From Mantamonas sphyraenae STR306 (lineage: Eukaryota > Protista > CRuMs): a stretch of 64,000 nucleotides of DNA. The stretch spans positions 186,001 to 250,000 of the forward strand of contig JAPMXV010000002.1 in assembly GCA_026936335.1 (NCBI GenBank). The letters run 5' to 3'. Made by a program: the position numbers and the translations under genes. Below are positions 48,241 to 60,426 of this stretch, in pieces. Every line of letters begins with the position of its first letter. Positions within the stretch are counted from its first letter, which is position 1. The notes beneath the pieces are model-generated. The model was not told the origin of the DNA and did not search any database. It worked only from the letters and a program-made list of their open reading frames with translations.

Positions 48241-50330
48241 ATGTCTTGCGAGCGACGCGTTGCAGTGCGTGTACGGCCGTTGAACAGGCAGGAGCGTGCC
48301 GCAAAGGAAACACGTGTGGTGATTATGGAATCGGACAGTGAAATCTGGGTGCGAAAGCCGTTCAAGTCGGGTGAGTGGGAGGGGCAACGTGTGAGGGTGG
48401 ATAGAGGCGCCGAGAGCTGACTTGCCCGTTGCAGACGAGGAACAAAACTCGGAAAAGTACACGCTGGACAGGGTATTCTGGTCCTACGACGGCTTCCACA
48501 CCGACCGCAATGGTGTGCGACAGGACATTTGCGGCCACTACGCGACGCAGAAGGATGTGTTTGATGCTTTTGGAGCGCCTGCAGTGGCTGCAGTGCTGGA
48601 GGGCCGAAACGCCTTGCTGAGCTCCTACGCGTACCAGCACACGGACGAACAGTACACATGGCTGGGAGACACAAACAACCCGGGACTGATTCCCAGCGTG
48701 CTCATCGAGCTGATGGAAGGCCTAAAGGCCCAGGAGGAGGAGGAGGAGGAGGAGGGGGAGACCTGCACAGTGGAAATCGCCATGGCCGACGTGTTTCGAA
48801 ACCAGGTGCGGCCCATGCGCATTGTGGAGCACACGGAGGAGGGCGAGGGCGAGAGTGCAGTGAAAATGAGCAGTTCCGGGAGCAGCAGTGAGTCGCAGGC
48901 ACGCATGGGAGAGGTTGTGCTTGCGTCACCGCGAAAGAAAAGCGTGCGAGACGAAACCGGGTCAACCAAGATGGTGGAGGTGGATGCAAGCGAGAGTGTG
49001 GAGGAGATGGCACAGTTGATGCAGCAGAAGCTGGAGTATGCAGTGGTGGAGGACGCATGGGAGACGACACGAGGGGTGGAGCAGGCCATGCTTGCGCTGG
49101 ACCAGGCACGCGAGCAAATGGGTACACGAGGACAGGACATGTCGCACCACGTGATCTGTGTGAGGGTGATGCGTGGGAAGGCAGGGAAAGCACAGCTGGT
49201 GAGTGGATGGCTGTGTATGGTGCTTCTGCAGGGGTACATGCGTGTGGAACACCTGGTGAAGCAACAATCGATGTCAGACTTGCGCACAGGGGTGCACCGG
49301 TCGACAAAGGCCAGTGTCGATGCCCTGGAGGGCGGGTTTGACAAGCGGCACGTGGCGGTGGCGCAGTCGGTCAACTTTGCCCTGGATGCGTTTCACCGTT
49401 TGTGGATGGGTCTCCGTGACGGGAGCACCGTGGAGGCAGACTTTGACATGCATCCGCTGACGTTGCTTCTGCATGACTGCTGCCAGGATCTGGGTTTCAT
49501 GGGCATGGTTGGCTCGTTGTCACCCTGTGCCTCGACGCGTGACGACACCATTGCCACTGTGTCATACCTCAACACCCTGTGCAATGGCTACAGCGACGGA
49601 AGTGGGCGTCTGGGCGGCAAGTACGACCGCTCCTCCTTCTTGGAGCTCATTCGCGTGTTTCAAGACTCGGGCGTGCGCATGGACAGCGAGCTCATGAGCT
49701 CGTTGCGCACCTACTTTCTGGACATCACCGAGGGCGAACAAACGGACGAGTTGACGTTGAAGCAATTCCAGGTGGGCATGAAACTGCTGGGGCTGCAGGG
49801 GGCCATTGGAGGCGACCAGGAGGAGGAGCGCGTGGTGCGCAACATGTTTGACACGTTTGACGTGGACAACAGCGGCACCCTGTCCTTCAAAGAGGTTCTT
49901 CTGGGCCTAGCCATCACTCTGGGTGGGGAGGAAGCTGATCTGGGCACGCAAGAGGAGTTGTTGAAGTGTACGTTGCGCTGGAGGAAAGACAGAGTTGTCG
50001 ATCGTCTCCGAGGTTGAGCATGCGCGCGTGTGTCTTGTCCGTCTCACTTACACCCATCATCTTTTCGCATGCATTGGTACGTACCCACACACAGACTGCT
50101 TCCAACTGTTTGACACAGACGGGAACGAACTGATCTCTGTGAGCGAAGCCGAGCTGATGTTCCGCAGCGTGCTGCAAGCGGAGTCGGACAAAGTGCTGGA
50201 GCAAAAGGTGCAGCAGCACATGATTGGTTTTATGCAGTCGCGGGGCGTGCTGCGGTACGACGAGTTTGTGGCGGCTGTGAAGCGCAACGACGAGCTTTGC
50301 AGAGTGTTCCGAGTGGCCAACACGAAATGA
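48241..50330 (+). CDS. Divergent kinesin-motor-like protein with degenerate P-loop and C-terminal EF-hands (spliced)
   Basis: VAVRVRPLN..E, YTLDRVFWSYD, ATQKDVF, PGLIP, HPLTLLLHD, SP.....DDTIATVSY. EF-hands DVDNSGTLSFKE and DTDGNELISVSE. Intron 48371..48434. Confidence 0.75.
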
Positions 50331-50420
50331 ACTGTCAACAAAAAGGAAGTGCTTTGTGCTGCTGGCCAAGCGTAACGTACGCTCGGCGGAATTGCATTTG
50401 CATTTTTGCTGCTCACGCAT

Positions 50421-51721
50421 TTAGAGGGCAGCGCCGTCGTCCAGCAGGCCGTACTCGTCGGCAGCGCCGGGGGCAGCGTTGGCCTTGCGCTCGGGGTTCT
50501 TGTAGTAGCGGAAGCCGGCAAAGGCACCCACGAGAGCGACAAAGCCCGTGACGGAGATAAGGACAATGACGAGCGGGTCGACACCGCCGTTGTTGCTGAC
50601 GACAGCCGAGTCGGCCTGGGCCTTGATGTGCACGTCAGCATCGTTGTTGTTGTACACACCAACGATGTAGTGGCCAGTCTTGGCGTCGGTGTAGGTCACG
50701 TTGGTCACCAAAGCCTGATCGGTCTTGTCGGCATCCTGCACGGTAAAGTCGTGGTCCATGACGCTGGGGAAGCGCTGGTGGGCCACGTACATGCCCAGCA
50801 TGGCTTCGGGCTTCTCCTGCGGCTTCACCGTAAAGGTGAGGTTGTGCGTTGCGTTGTTGGGGTTCTCGAAGCGGAAGAAGGCCCAGGTGTCCGGGTGCAG
50901 CGTGGCCACATCCGACTCCTTGCCCACAGTCAGGTTCACCACGGGCAGGGCGCTCATGGAGATCTTGTAGGACACGGACTTGGTGTCACCGTGCACAACT
51001 CCCACCCACCAGTCGTCGCCGGCCTTGAGCTTGCCAGGGGCAACCATCAGGTAAGCGGTCGTGCTGGGGCCGTCCACGTTTTCGTACTTGGCGAACGACG
51101 TCGAGTAGTCCGACTGGAAGTACTCGGGCTTGGCACCCTTGCGGATGGCCACACCCAGGTTGTCTGTGTCACGGGGTTCGTGTAGAGCGAGTGTAGCCAC
51201 GTTTTCCGCGTGAGCTTTCGGCGCCTTGCCAAAAAAAAAGGGGAGAGGGCAAAATTCGGCGGCGGCCCCGCGCGCGTTTGCGTGCGCACACAGCTCTCGC
51301 AGACAGGGTACAGCGCATGAGACAGGCATTGACGCAGTGTGCACCACGTATCACCCGCGTCCATGACGCTCGCAGCAGTCTGCAACCGGTGTGGCGGCCG
51401 GATTGGCCAGCTGGGGAAAGAAGGCGGTGGAGAAAAAAAAGGGGGCCTCGCGGAAAACCTACCGGTGGCACCACCAGTGCTGGTAGTCAGTTCCTCGTGC
51501 ACGCCCGGAGACTGCACAGAGATGAGCAGAGCCATGTTCTCGGCCACATAGGGGGGCACCGTGAACTGGTAGTACTGCCAGTTGTGGTTGTCGCTGCGGC
51601 CCACCACAGCGGCGCCGCCGATCGACACCGACGGGTTCTCCGGAGCATACTGGGCGTTCACCACAGTGGCAAGCAACAGGCTAGCTGCAAGAAGCAGGAG
51701 CGTGAACTTCTGGTTCGTCAT
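50421..51721 (-). CDS. Type I membrane glycoprotein (signal peptide, beta-sandwich ectodomain, TM, short tail)
   Basis: Signal MTNQKFTLLLLAASLLLATVVNA; TM PLVIVLISVTGFVALVGAFAGF; tail DEYGLLDD resembling an endo-lysosomal sorting signal; at least one intron. Confidence 0.65.
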
Positions 51722-51822
51722 TGGATTTCGGAAAGAGGTTTGAAAGAAAGTGTAGTCGTGCCGGCGCACAGTCGGCGCCTGCGTGTCAAGTGGTCCACTG
51801 CCCTCCCTCATCATGTGTGCAC

Positions 51823-53912
51823 TCATGCACGCTCCGTCATTGCTCGTTTGCTGTCGTGCTGGCCATCCAGAGTGCCCTGTGTGCCGTCTTCGTCGTCGTC
51901 AAGATCGTCAAACACTTCCTCGTCGATGTTCAGCTGCTCCAGCATGCGTTTGCGTGTCACGCTCACCTTGCTCGTGGTGTCGGCAATGCTGCTGGACAGA
52001 GACGCGGTGACGGAGCTGCTTGACGACGACGACGACGACGACGTGCCCAGATCCTGCGACAGATTGCTACGCGAGCGCCGCCCTCGCTTGCGTGGCGTCG
52101 ACGACTGGAAGGGCACGGGCGAGTGCGACATGCGCTGCCGCTGGTGCCAGTTGGAAAAGGCCAGCTTGGCCTCACGCAGCTTGTCCTCGTCCCGATCCCG
52201 GATGTACAGCCGCACAAACTTTTCGTTGAACTGCGAGGGCATCAACTTGCTCAGCTTTTCCTTTTGGATCTTGAATGTCTTTGTGTTTTCCCAGTCGGCA
52301 AAGAAGGAGATGCCATCCACGGGATTGCTCTTGCCCATGCCGTAGTTCAGCGAATACTTGTTCACAATCAACTCCTCGGGGCTCAACAGCGCCTGAGGAC
52401 CCTGGCAGCTGCAGATATCCGCCGCCAGATCCACTCCGTCTTTGTCCCACACTTTGGCCGCGTCCTGCTCCGTCAGCATAAACTCGTTCACAAACTTGTA
52501 CAAATTGCGCTTGCGAATGCGCTTGATGATGTCCCTGCTCTCCTGCAGCTCCGGCTCCGCTGAAAACTCAATCTCGCGCAGCACGTGGTCTGTTAGCGTC
52601 AGATACTGGTCCGGGTTGTCGATGGCGTCGCTGATGCTCAGAAAGTCGTTTGCCGCAACCAACGCGTCCACAATCATGTACTCGATGGCCTTGCCCACGC
52701 GGTGCGAGTACACCTGCTTGAACAGCGAGTAGCGGGTGTGAAACATCTGGTAAAGCGTGAATGCGCTCTTGCGGTGGAAGCAGATCTCGTCTCCAATGAC
52801 CTTGCAATTCTTCATCAGCACCGTGTGGTCAAACGCCGTCGGCACGCCCAGGTTCAGGCTATCCCTCTTCAGATAGTCAAACTTGTCCACATCCACCGAA
52901 GTGCGCGAGTTGGCCACAATCTCAAACAGGTACTTCTTCTCGTCGTACTTGCGTGCGCCTCCGTTGCCTTTGATCAGATCGCACACAAACTCCACGTCCT
53001 CCTTCTCCATGTCGATGTTGTTGTCGTCCACCATCCATCGGATCATGTCGCACGACATGTCTTCGTGATGCCATTTGCCGGCCAACTCCGGGCTATGTGG
53101 AGCATGGCCAACGCGACCCGGTGCGAGTGAGTGACCACAAGCCCCACACGAACGGGCCCCCATTCACACACACTGGGCCGTTGGCCCCGACTTACCGCAC
53201 GCGTGGCACAAACTCGCTGTCAAACACATGGCTGAACGGTCCGTGTCCGATGTCTGTGTGTGCAGTGTGGTTGTGAGTCAATCAGGAATCCACCGACCAA
53301 CGCGTTGCACGCCACACCATGCGTGCGTACCATGGCACAGGCCTGCAATGCGCAGGTTCTCGATGTCGCGTTCGCTGATGTCCAGATAGGGCTGGTTCCG
53401 CTGAAAGATCTGCGTGAGCTCCCCAGCCAGATACGAGACACCTGTGGGAACGGGCAACGGGGTGAGTGATTCCGGACTGGGCCTGCTTTTCCAGCCTCCA
53501 GCGCATCAGCTCGCGCCCACCTACCAATGCAATGCTCAAAGCGGTTGTGCGATCCACCTGGCCCTGTGTTTGCGACAAGTGTGCAAGGTCTGTGTCAGTG
53601 CATGCGTCGGGCGGGCTGTGTTCGTGCCTTTGCGCGCGCTTTTGGCGCGGATTATTCTCAACGCGGCTGAAACGCACACACAAAGTACGAGCTGCCCAGC
53701 TGCTTCAGGTCACGCAGTCGTTGGAATTGGGGCGTGTCGATAAAGTCAAAGCAGCGATCCGTAACGTTGATGTACCCGTGCACGGGGTCGTTGATCAACT
53801 TCTGGTTCAGCCAGTGGCCCCCACCGCTCAGCTCCCCGTCCTGCTCCATCTCCAGCCCTCCGTCTGTGTACACTTCTTGATCGCCAAACAAGGCGCGCAT
53901 GGTTTGCGACAT
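51823..53912 (-). CDS. SAMHD1: SAMHD1-like HD-domain dNTP triphosphohydrolase (spliced)
   Basis: INDPVHGYI...[76 protein letters not shown]. Confidence 0.9.
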
Positions 53913-54019
53913 GGTTGGATGGTGGAACTTTTTGTGTGGCGCCGGGCGGGCAGGGCAAGGGCTTCCCCAGCCTGTAAATCATCCCATGCTGGTCCACGAG
54001 ACCCAATCCTGCGCTTTCT

Positions 54020-57000
54020 TCATTCCTTCTCAGCAGAACTCACTACTGCCGCCGTGCTGCTGCTCTCCGCGTCCTCCTCTTCCTCCTGCCTGAACAACCG
54101 ACCTTTCAATTCCCACCGGTATTGCAAGTACTGACGGACCGTCTCACTCTTGCTGCTGACTCGCACTGTGTTTCCTGTGAGGGTCTCTTCGCGCAATGCT
54201 TGCATGTTGGCTGCGATCACGTCGGAGCGTACGTCGCGTAGCATCTGATTCGAGTTGGCCGCGTCTGCCAACTCGTTCAGCAGCTTCAGCGACGATCCAG
54301 GCAGAACCGACTCCATGTCACGCAAGGCAGAGTGCATTTGCGCAAGCGCACGCCGGTACTCAGTAAACTCGGCCGTTCGGTACTCCTTCCGTTGTTCGCC
54401 AAACACGCTGTTGTACACCTCGTTGACCTCCTTGCTGCTTCCCTGTCTCTTGGCTTGCACACGTTCCATTTTGCTAAGCGTGTGTGCTCGCATTTTGGAT
54501 CTGCTCAGGCGTCGCTGCCGCGTGTTTTTGCGCCCACCTCCCGTACGCGGCGATGTCGGAATTGCCAGCGCACTGTTCAGCGATTCGCCTCGCTGCATCA
54601 TCGCAGGCAACGACGCGCGCCCTCTGCCCCCACTCGCTGTCGCATTGGCACTGCGTGTGTGCAATAACGGCGGCGGCGTCTCTGTCATTCGCACCCCGTC
54701 ATTGTTGTTTGCACGCGACCAAGCCTCCTCACCGTTCATCTGCTCTTTCGTCCTTGGCGACGGTGTTGGTTGGCTCATGCGTCGCGTGTGTGCTTTAGTC
54801 GTCGAGGGTGGCGACGACTTGCGTGCAGGCCGCAATCCGCTCGACTCGCGTCTGCGGCGACGTCCACTCGGCGAGCCTTCCTTGTAGTACATCTGTGCGT
54901 TGAACACTTCTGCTTCTCGTTCGGCCGTGCGCACGTCGTCATCGTGCAACACGCCCCCCTTTTCCAACGAACGGTAAGCGCGTCGGTGTGCTCTCGCCGC
55001 TCCCTGCCTGTGTACCAATGCCACACCCATGCTCGACGATCGTTCCGTCTTGGTCTGTCGCGGTGGCGGCGTCGATGCACCCTGCACACCGCCACGACGA
55101 CCCTTGTGCGACACAGGCGGCGCAGACAGTGGCACCTTGCGCTCAATCGGTTCAACAAAGTCCGGGTTCATGCGAGGCGAGCCCGACACGCTGTCGGAGC
55201 CTGTCAGCGACATTTGCAGCTGTGTGGACACTTCCATCTGCGCAGTTGCATCGTCCAGCGCCTCCACGTGATGCGTCCCTTTCGCTGCTGCTGTGTGGTC
55301 GCTCTCCTCGGGCTCCTCCTCCTCCTCCTCTTCCGGAGGCGGCGGCGCAAAGTCGTCGTCGTCATCGCTAAAGTCGTCGTCGTCGTACATTGGCCTGCTG
55401 GGGCGCGAGTTTGCCGGTGCCGTGGCAAAGTGCGCCGGGTTGTACGCCAGTGTGCCTTCTCGCCGCATGGGCTCCGGCGTGCCGTGGATGATGGTTGTGT
55501 CCACGCTGCTGTTGCTGCTTTCTCGCAGCACCAGCGGCCTGTCCTCTGTCGACGCCCCAAACATGCGTGGCGTCAACGCTCCCGCGCTGTCGTTTGGACT
55601 CACGCTATCACTGCGCATCGGCACCTCGGATCGTGCATCGGCATCGTCGCTCGCCAGGAAGGACGACAGTGTCTCGGATGATGTCGGCACCATTTCAATG
55701 GACGTCGACGAACTCGACTTTTCGTGCAGCACCTGCACCGACGACTCGTCGCCCGTTGTCCTCGCACCTTCACCTGTGTCCACCTTGACACCCATGTGTT
55801 GGATCGACCGTTTCCTCTCCTCGCGCTGTGTCTTGTGCTTGGTCACTTCGTCTTCAGGAGGCGGCGGCGGCGGCGGCGGCGGAGGTACGTCGCTTTCGTT
55901 GCCCTCACTGCTTGCATTGGCAATGTCATTCATGTACTTGAACAGCATGGTCGATTGGTTGCGTCGTGTGTGCCGCCCTTTCTTCCGCCTCAAGGACCCG
56001 GTCCCTTGCACGTTGCCCATGTCTTTGTACTCTGCACTCGTGTCTGCCGCGTTGCGCACCGACCCAGCCTCTTCCTGCGGACCCAAAGGAAGCTCACCCA
56101 CCTCGTCCCCACCCTCCGCCTCCTTGGCCAGTATTTCCGGCGCGTGGATCTCTGGTGGTGTCGGCGTACTCGAAGGTGGTGGGCTTGGCGACTTGTTTGC
56201 CGGTGCCACCGAGATCTGGGGTTCGTTTGCCGCCCCATCCTCCTCCTGCTCCTCTTCCTCTTCCTCTTCTTCGTCACTGGCCGTCTCGTACTCGCTGCTG
56301 CTGTCCGAGCGCACAACCACCGAGCCATCTGACGATGCGCTCTCGTACGTCACCGCAGGGCTGCTTTCTTCGTCGTCCTCCTTGACTTGTTCCAGGTGCC
56401 ATGTCTTGTCCTCTGTGCCCTCCTGGAATCGTCTTGCTGTGTTCTTGCGATCGTTGTCGTCGCTCGTGGCACCCTCGTGCTCCTCCTCGTCGCCCGACTC
56501 CAGGGCCAGCGCATCCAAGTCCAGTTGAAACGCATGTCGTTGTGCATCCTCCTTGGGCGTGTCCGGGATCCAGTCGCTTTCGCTGTGCGACTCGGAGCTG
56601 TCCTTGCGCTCCACAAACGCGTCCCGCAAAAGGATGACCTCCGCGCTGGATTGTGTGTCGGTTGTGCGCATGGTTGCGGTGATGAGCATTTCGTCGTCCT
56701 CGTCGTCCTCATCCTCCTCTTCCTCTTCTTCGTCGTCGTCACCACCGTAGAACAAGCCTACTTCCTCGTCAGGCAGGGCAGGCAGCGGTGGATACTCGTC
56801 ATCTTCTGGCTCGCCGCTGCCGCTGCCACTTCCGCCGCGGCCCTCGCTGGACGAGCTGATAGCCGACACAGTGGTGCGCATGGTGCCGCCCAAATCGTCG
56901 TCACTCTCGCCGTATCCATGCAAGGGCATCCGAGGCGGCGGAGGCACCTCGTCATACTCCAGGCTGCTTGCTGTGCGCATGGTGTCCATCCCACGCAGCG

Positions 57001-59147
57001 AGGACGACCCTTCGTCCTCGCTGTCTGGCGGAGGCGGAGGCGGAGACTCTGCCCCACCACCGTCTGAGCTGCGATACGAGTTGTTGGAGCGGATTGTGTC
57101 GCGTGGTCCGAGCACACCAAACGATGGCAGCGACGGATAGTGCCCGCTGCCTCCACTACCACTGGCTGTACCTGTTGTGTTGCTCGAGCCCCAACCGGAG
57201 CCCACCGTCGAATGGCCATCTCCACGGATCTTGCGGATGGTGCCTGTGAATTCGTCCAGCCCCTCGTCGCTGTCTTCGCTGTCCTCTTCCTCTTCCTCTT
57301 CACTGCCGTCTTGGTTGTACGTGGCGTCGCTCTGACGCAGCAATTGCATCGTTGCCTCCTCAGCTGCCTGTTTACGCTCCTTGTCAAGTGCCGCCATGGC
57401 CATAAACTCTTCTCTGTTGTCATCGTCCGAACTGCTTTCCCAGCTTTCTTCCGAATCCGTTTCCCATTCGTCGTAGCTGCCGCTGTCGTACCTCACTGTG
57501 CCAAAGTCTTCCTGTTCTGCGTCCTCTTCCTCCTCCTCCTCCTCGCCTTCATACGCACGCTGTGCCTTTTTGTGAGCACGTATCAACGCCGCTTCCCGCT
57601 CTTCCCTGCTCAATCCGGACATTTCATCCGAGACATCGGCTGCATCTTGCTGACTGTCTCCCAAGGTCTCCACGGTGTCATTTGCAGCTGCGACTGCGTT
57701 GCTGCTGCTTCCACTGCTCGGAGTCTGCCGTATGGTCAGGTCAAAGGTCCAGCCGCCCGAATCGCCTCCGCCTCCGCCTGACTCGATGGTGATGTCTGGC
57801 AGGTCGATCTCATCCAACGTGCTGAGGCGTTTGGAGTCCGGCTTGTTCTCCCTGTCGACGATATGGTCGTGCACCACATGCCGCAGGTGCTTGCGGGTCT
57901 TTTTGGTAATCTTGCTGAAGAACTTGTGCTTGAGCAGCTCCTTGGCTGTGGGCCTCTCTGTGGGTTCCTTCTTGAGACAAGTGGCCACAAAGTCGCGAAA
58001 GTGTTTGCTGAAGCGGTCGGGCAGCTCGGGTGGCGGCTCGCGCACAATGTCCAGCAGCACTCGCTTGATGTTCTTTTGCTTGCGTGGCGGCTGCCCCGTA
58101 GCCAGTTCGATGGCTGTAATGCCCAGACTCCAGATGTCCGCCGACGCGTCATAGCCCCTTTCGCCGCGGATCACCTCCGGGGCCATCCAAAAGGGCGTGC
58201 CCACGATTGTTGTACGCTTCTTTTGCTCTTCCAGCTCTCCGGACACGCCAAAGTCGGCCAATTTCTGTGAGCCCCTCGCTGTGTGAGTGTGTATGCTTCC
58301 CCAAGCAGTACGCGTGGAATCATGTGACACATGGCGTGCATGTGCACGCAGAAAGAGATTCTCTGTGTGTATGTGTGTGCGTGTGTGTGTGTTGCGGACA
58401 TACCACTTCGCCCGAAGCGCTGAGAAGAATGTTTGCCCCTTTGATGTCTCTGTGGATGATGTTGATGGCGTGCAGATACTCCAGACCCTTCAACGTTTCG
58501 TGCAATACATATGCAATCATGTTCTCCGACAGCTTGTGCATCTTGATCTGTGGTGTCCGCCATACCAGGCGCGTTTTCCCACAGAAACCGTTCTGGGCGT
58601 CAGCGAACTCCACATTGCTCGCAGCATTGCGCTCCGGCGAGCCACAGCCTGCCGTACGCCTCTCCACACGCTGTGGACATCTGCACAACAAGCGTTCGCT
58701 GCCTCTGGGATGCTCATGCAGTCGTGCCATGTACTTACCAGCTCGTTCACGGCGCCGCCGTGCATGAACTCCATGACAATCCACAGTTCTGGACCGTGGA
58801 CCACCGAGCCATGGTACCGTGTGATGTTCTTGCACTCGCAGCGGCTGAGAAACTCAAACTCCTTCTGGATCAGCTCAATGGAATCCTCTGTGCGTTCCAA
58901 GTCGATGGCTTTGATCGCCACAGGGGTCGCATCTTGGGTGTTGATCCTGATTCCGTCCCGTCGCCACACCACCAGAGGCCACAAAAGAGTCAGCTATCCA
59001 TCCATCCGCTGCTCTCGTTCCCTACGCCTTTGCGTGGGTGCATTCCTCGCATCGTTGCTGCACGTACCCTTTCCACACCGCCCCGAATGAGCCCTCACCA
59101 AACTGCTCGATTTTTCTGTACAGATCCTTTGATATCGTGCTGCTCAT
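54020..59147 (-). CDS. STE20/GCK-family Ser/Thr kinase with long acidic low-complexity tail (spliced)
   Basis: [21 protein letters not shown]...[61 protein letters not shown]. Confidence 0.9.
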
Positions 59148-59256
59148 GGTCTCCCCGCCGCAGATATGTGTATGGTTGTGTGTGGGGCGGAGGAAGCCAG
59201 GGCCTCACAAGTGTCGATGCAATGAACAATGTTTGGGTGCGGCGGCGCGGCCAGAG

Positions 59257-60311
59257 ATGTTGGAGATCGTCAACGACCAGGCATCCAAAGCCAAGGCAAA
59301 CGCCAAAGCCGAGGCTGCCAAAGCCGACGAAGCCAAGGCAGAGGAAACCAAGGCGGCGACAGTGGACGGGGAAACGTCGTCAGTGCAGGAGGGTGGTGGT
59401 GAACGAGGCGAGGGCGAAGGAAAGAAGCTCGCTCTCAGCCACAATGAGTCCCAGCAGGGCACAGAATCAAACACAATGACTCTAGGGAGCGCCATGGTGG
59501 ACACACCCAGTGTGTGGCAGCGTATGGTGAGCCTTGCGGGCGGAGCTCGCGATCGGCTGGCTGCGGCGGGCGGCAACGGGGCCGTTTCGGCCGCCCAGGG
59601 GGCGTCCGCTGGACAGGTGGCCGATGCAGGGCTGGCCAACATGCGCACCTCGCTTGCTGCCACAGGCCAGGCTGCCCAGCGCGTTGCCAAGAGTCCTCTT
59701 ACAGGCCACGCCTTGGCTTTCCTCGCCGGCACCGTTCTCGCCGGTGCGCTGGGACTCAGCGCTCTGAGCCATGAAATCTCTGAAAGCTCGGATCTGGTGC
59801 AAAGGTACGTCGCAGGTGTGGAATGGGCGCCAACACAGGCCAGGTTGCTTGTGGTAGAGGCTTGCTGTGGCGGATGGGGCCGTGCGGTGTTTTGGCGCGC
59901 GCCCGTGGCGAAATGCTGACGCTGCCGGATTTTGCACGCGTCGTTGCCCTGCGCCACATGTGCGCTGGTTGTGTGAAACCCGCCCTCAGACAAATGAGAC
60001 AAACAACAGAGGCGCTGAATGCGACCGCCACAGACATGATGTCGCGCGTGGCGCACGTGGAGCGTGAGATGCAGCAGGTGCTGCAAGAGGTGGAGGGTGC
60101 AGAGGAGCTGACCAGCGATGTGCGTGCACTCAAACTGCGCTTGGGCGACCTCGAGGAGCATGGCGTGCGTGTACAGGGAGGTGGCGACGAACAGCACGGA
60201 GGACCCGGCTGGAACAGGAGAGTGTCGGCCAATGTCGGTCTGTTTGAAACCCTTGCCGTCGCCGAAGAGTTTGAAAAGCCGGTGTGGATTGATCGTGACT
60301 ACACAATGTAA
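59257..60311 (+). CDS. Hypothetical membrane-anchored coiled-coil protein (spliced)
   Basis: Coding-like ORFs 59038..59919 and 59823..60311, one hydrophobic segment (ALAFLAGTVLAGALGLSAL) and a coiled-coil. No family recognised. Confidence 0.45.
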
Positions 60312-60426
60312 GCTTGATACACTGTGCACAAGGGGACACCATGGCGCCGCCGTTGCACCACGGTGGCGCGTGTATTAGTGTAATAGTGAGCAGAGCCAAG
60401 CGACCCAAGGAAACAAGGCACCCATC

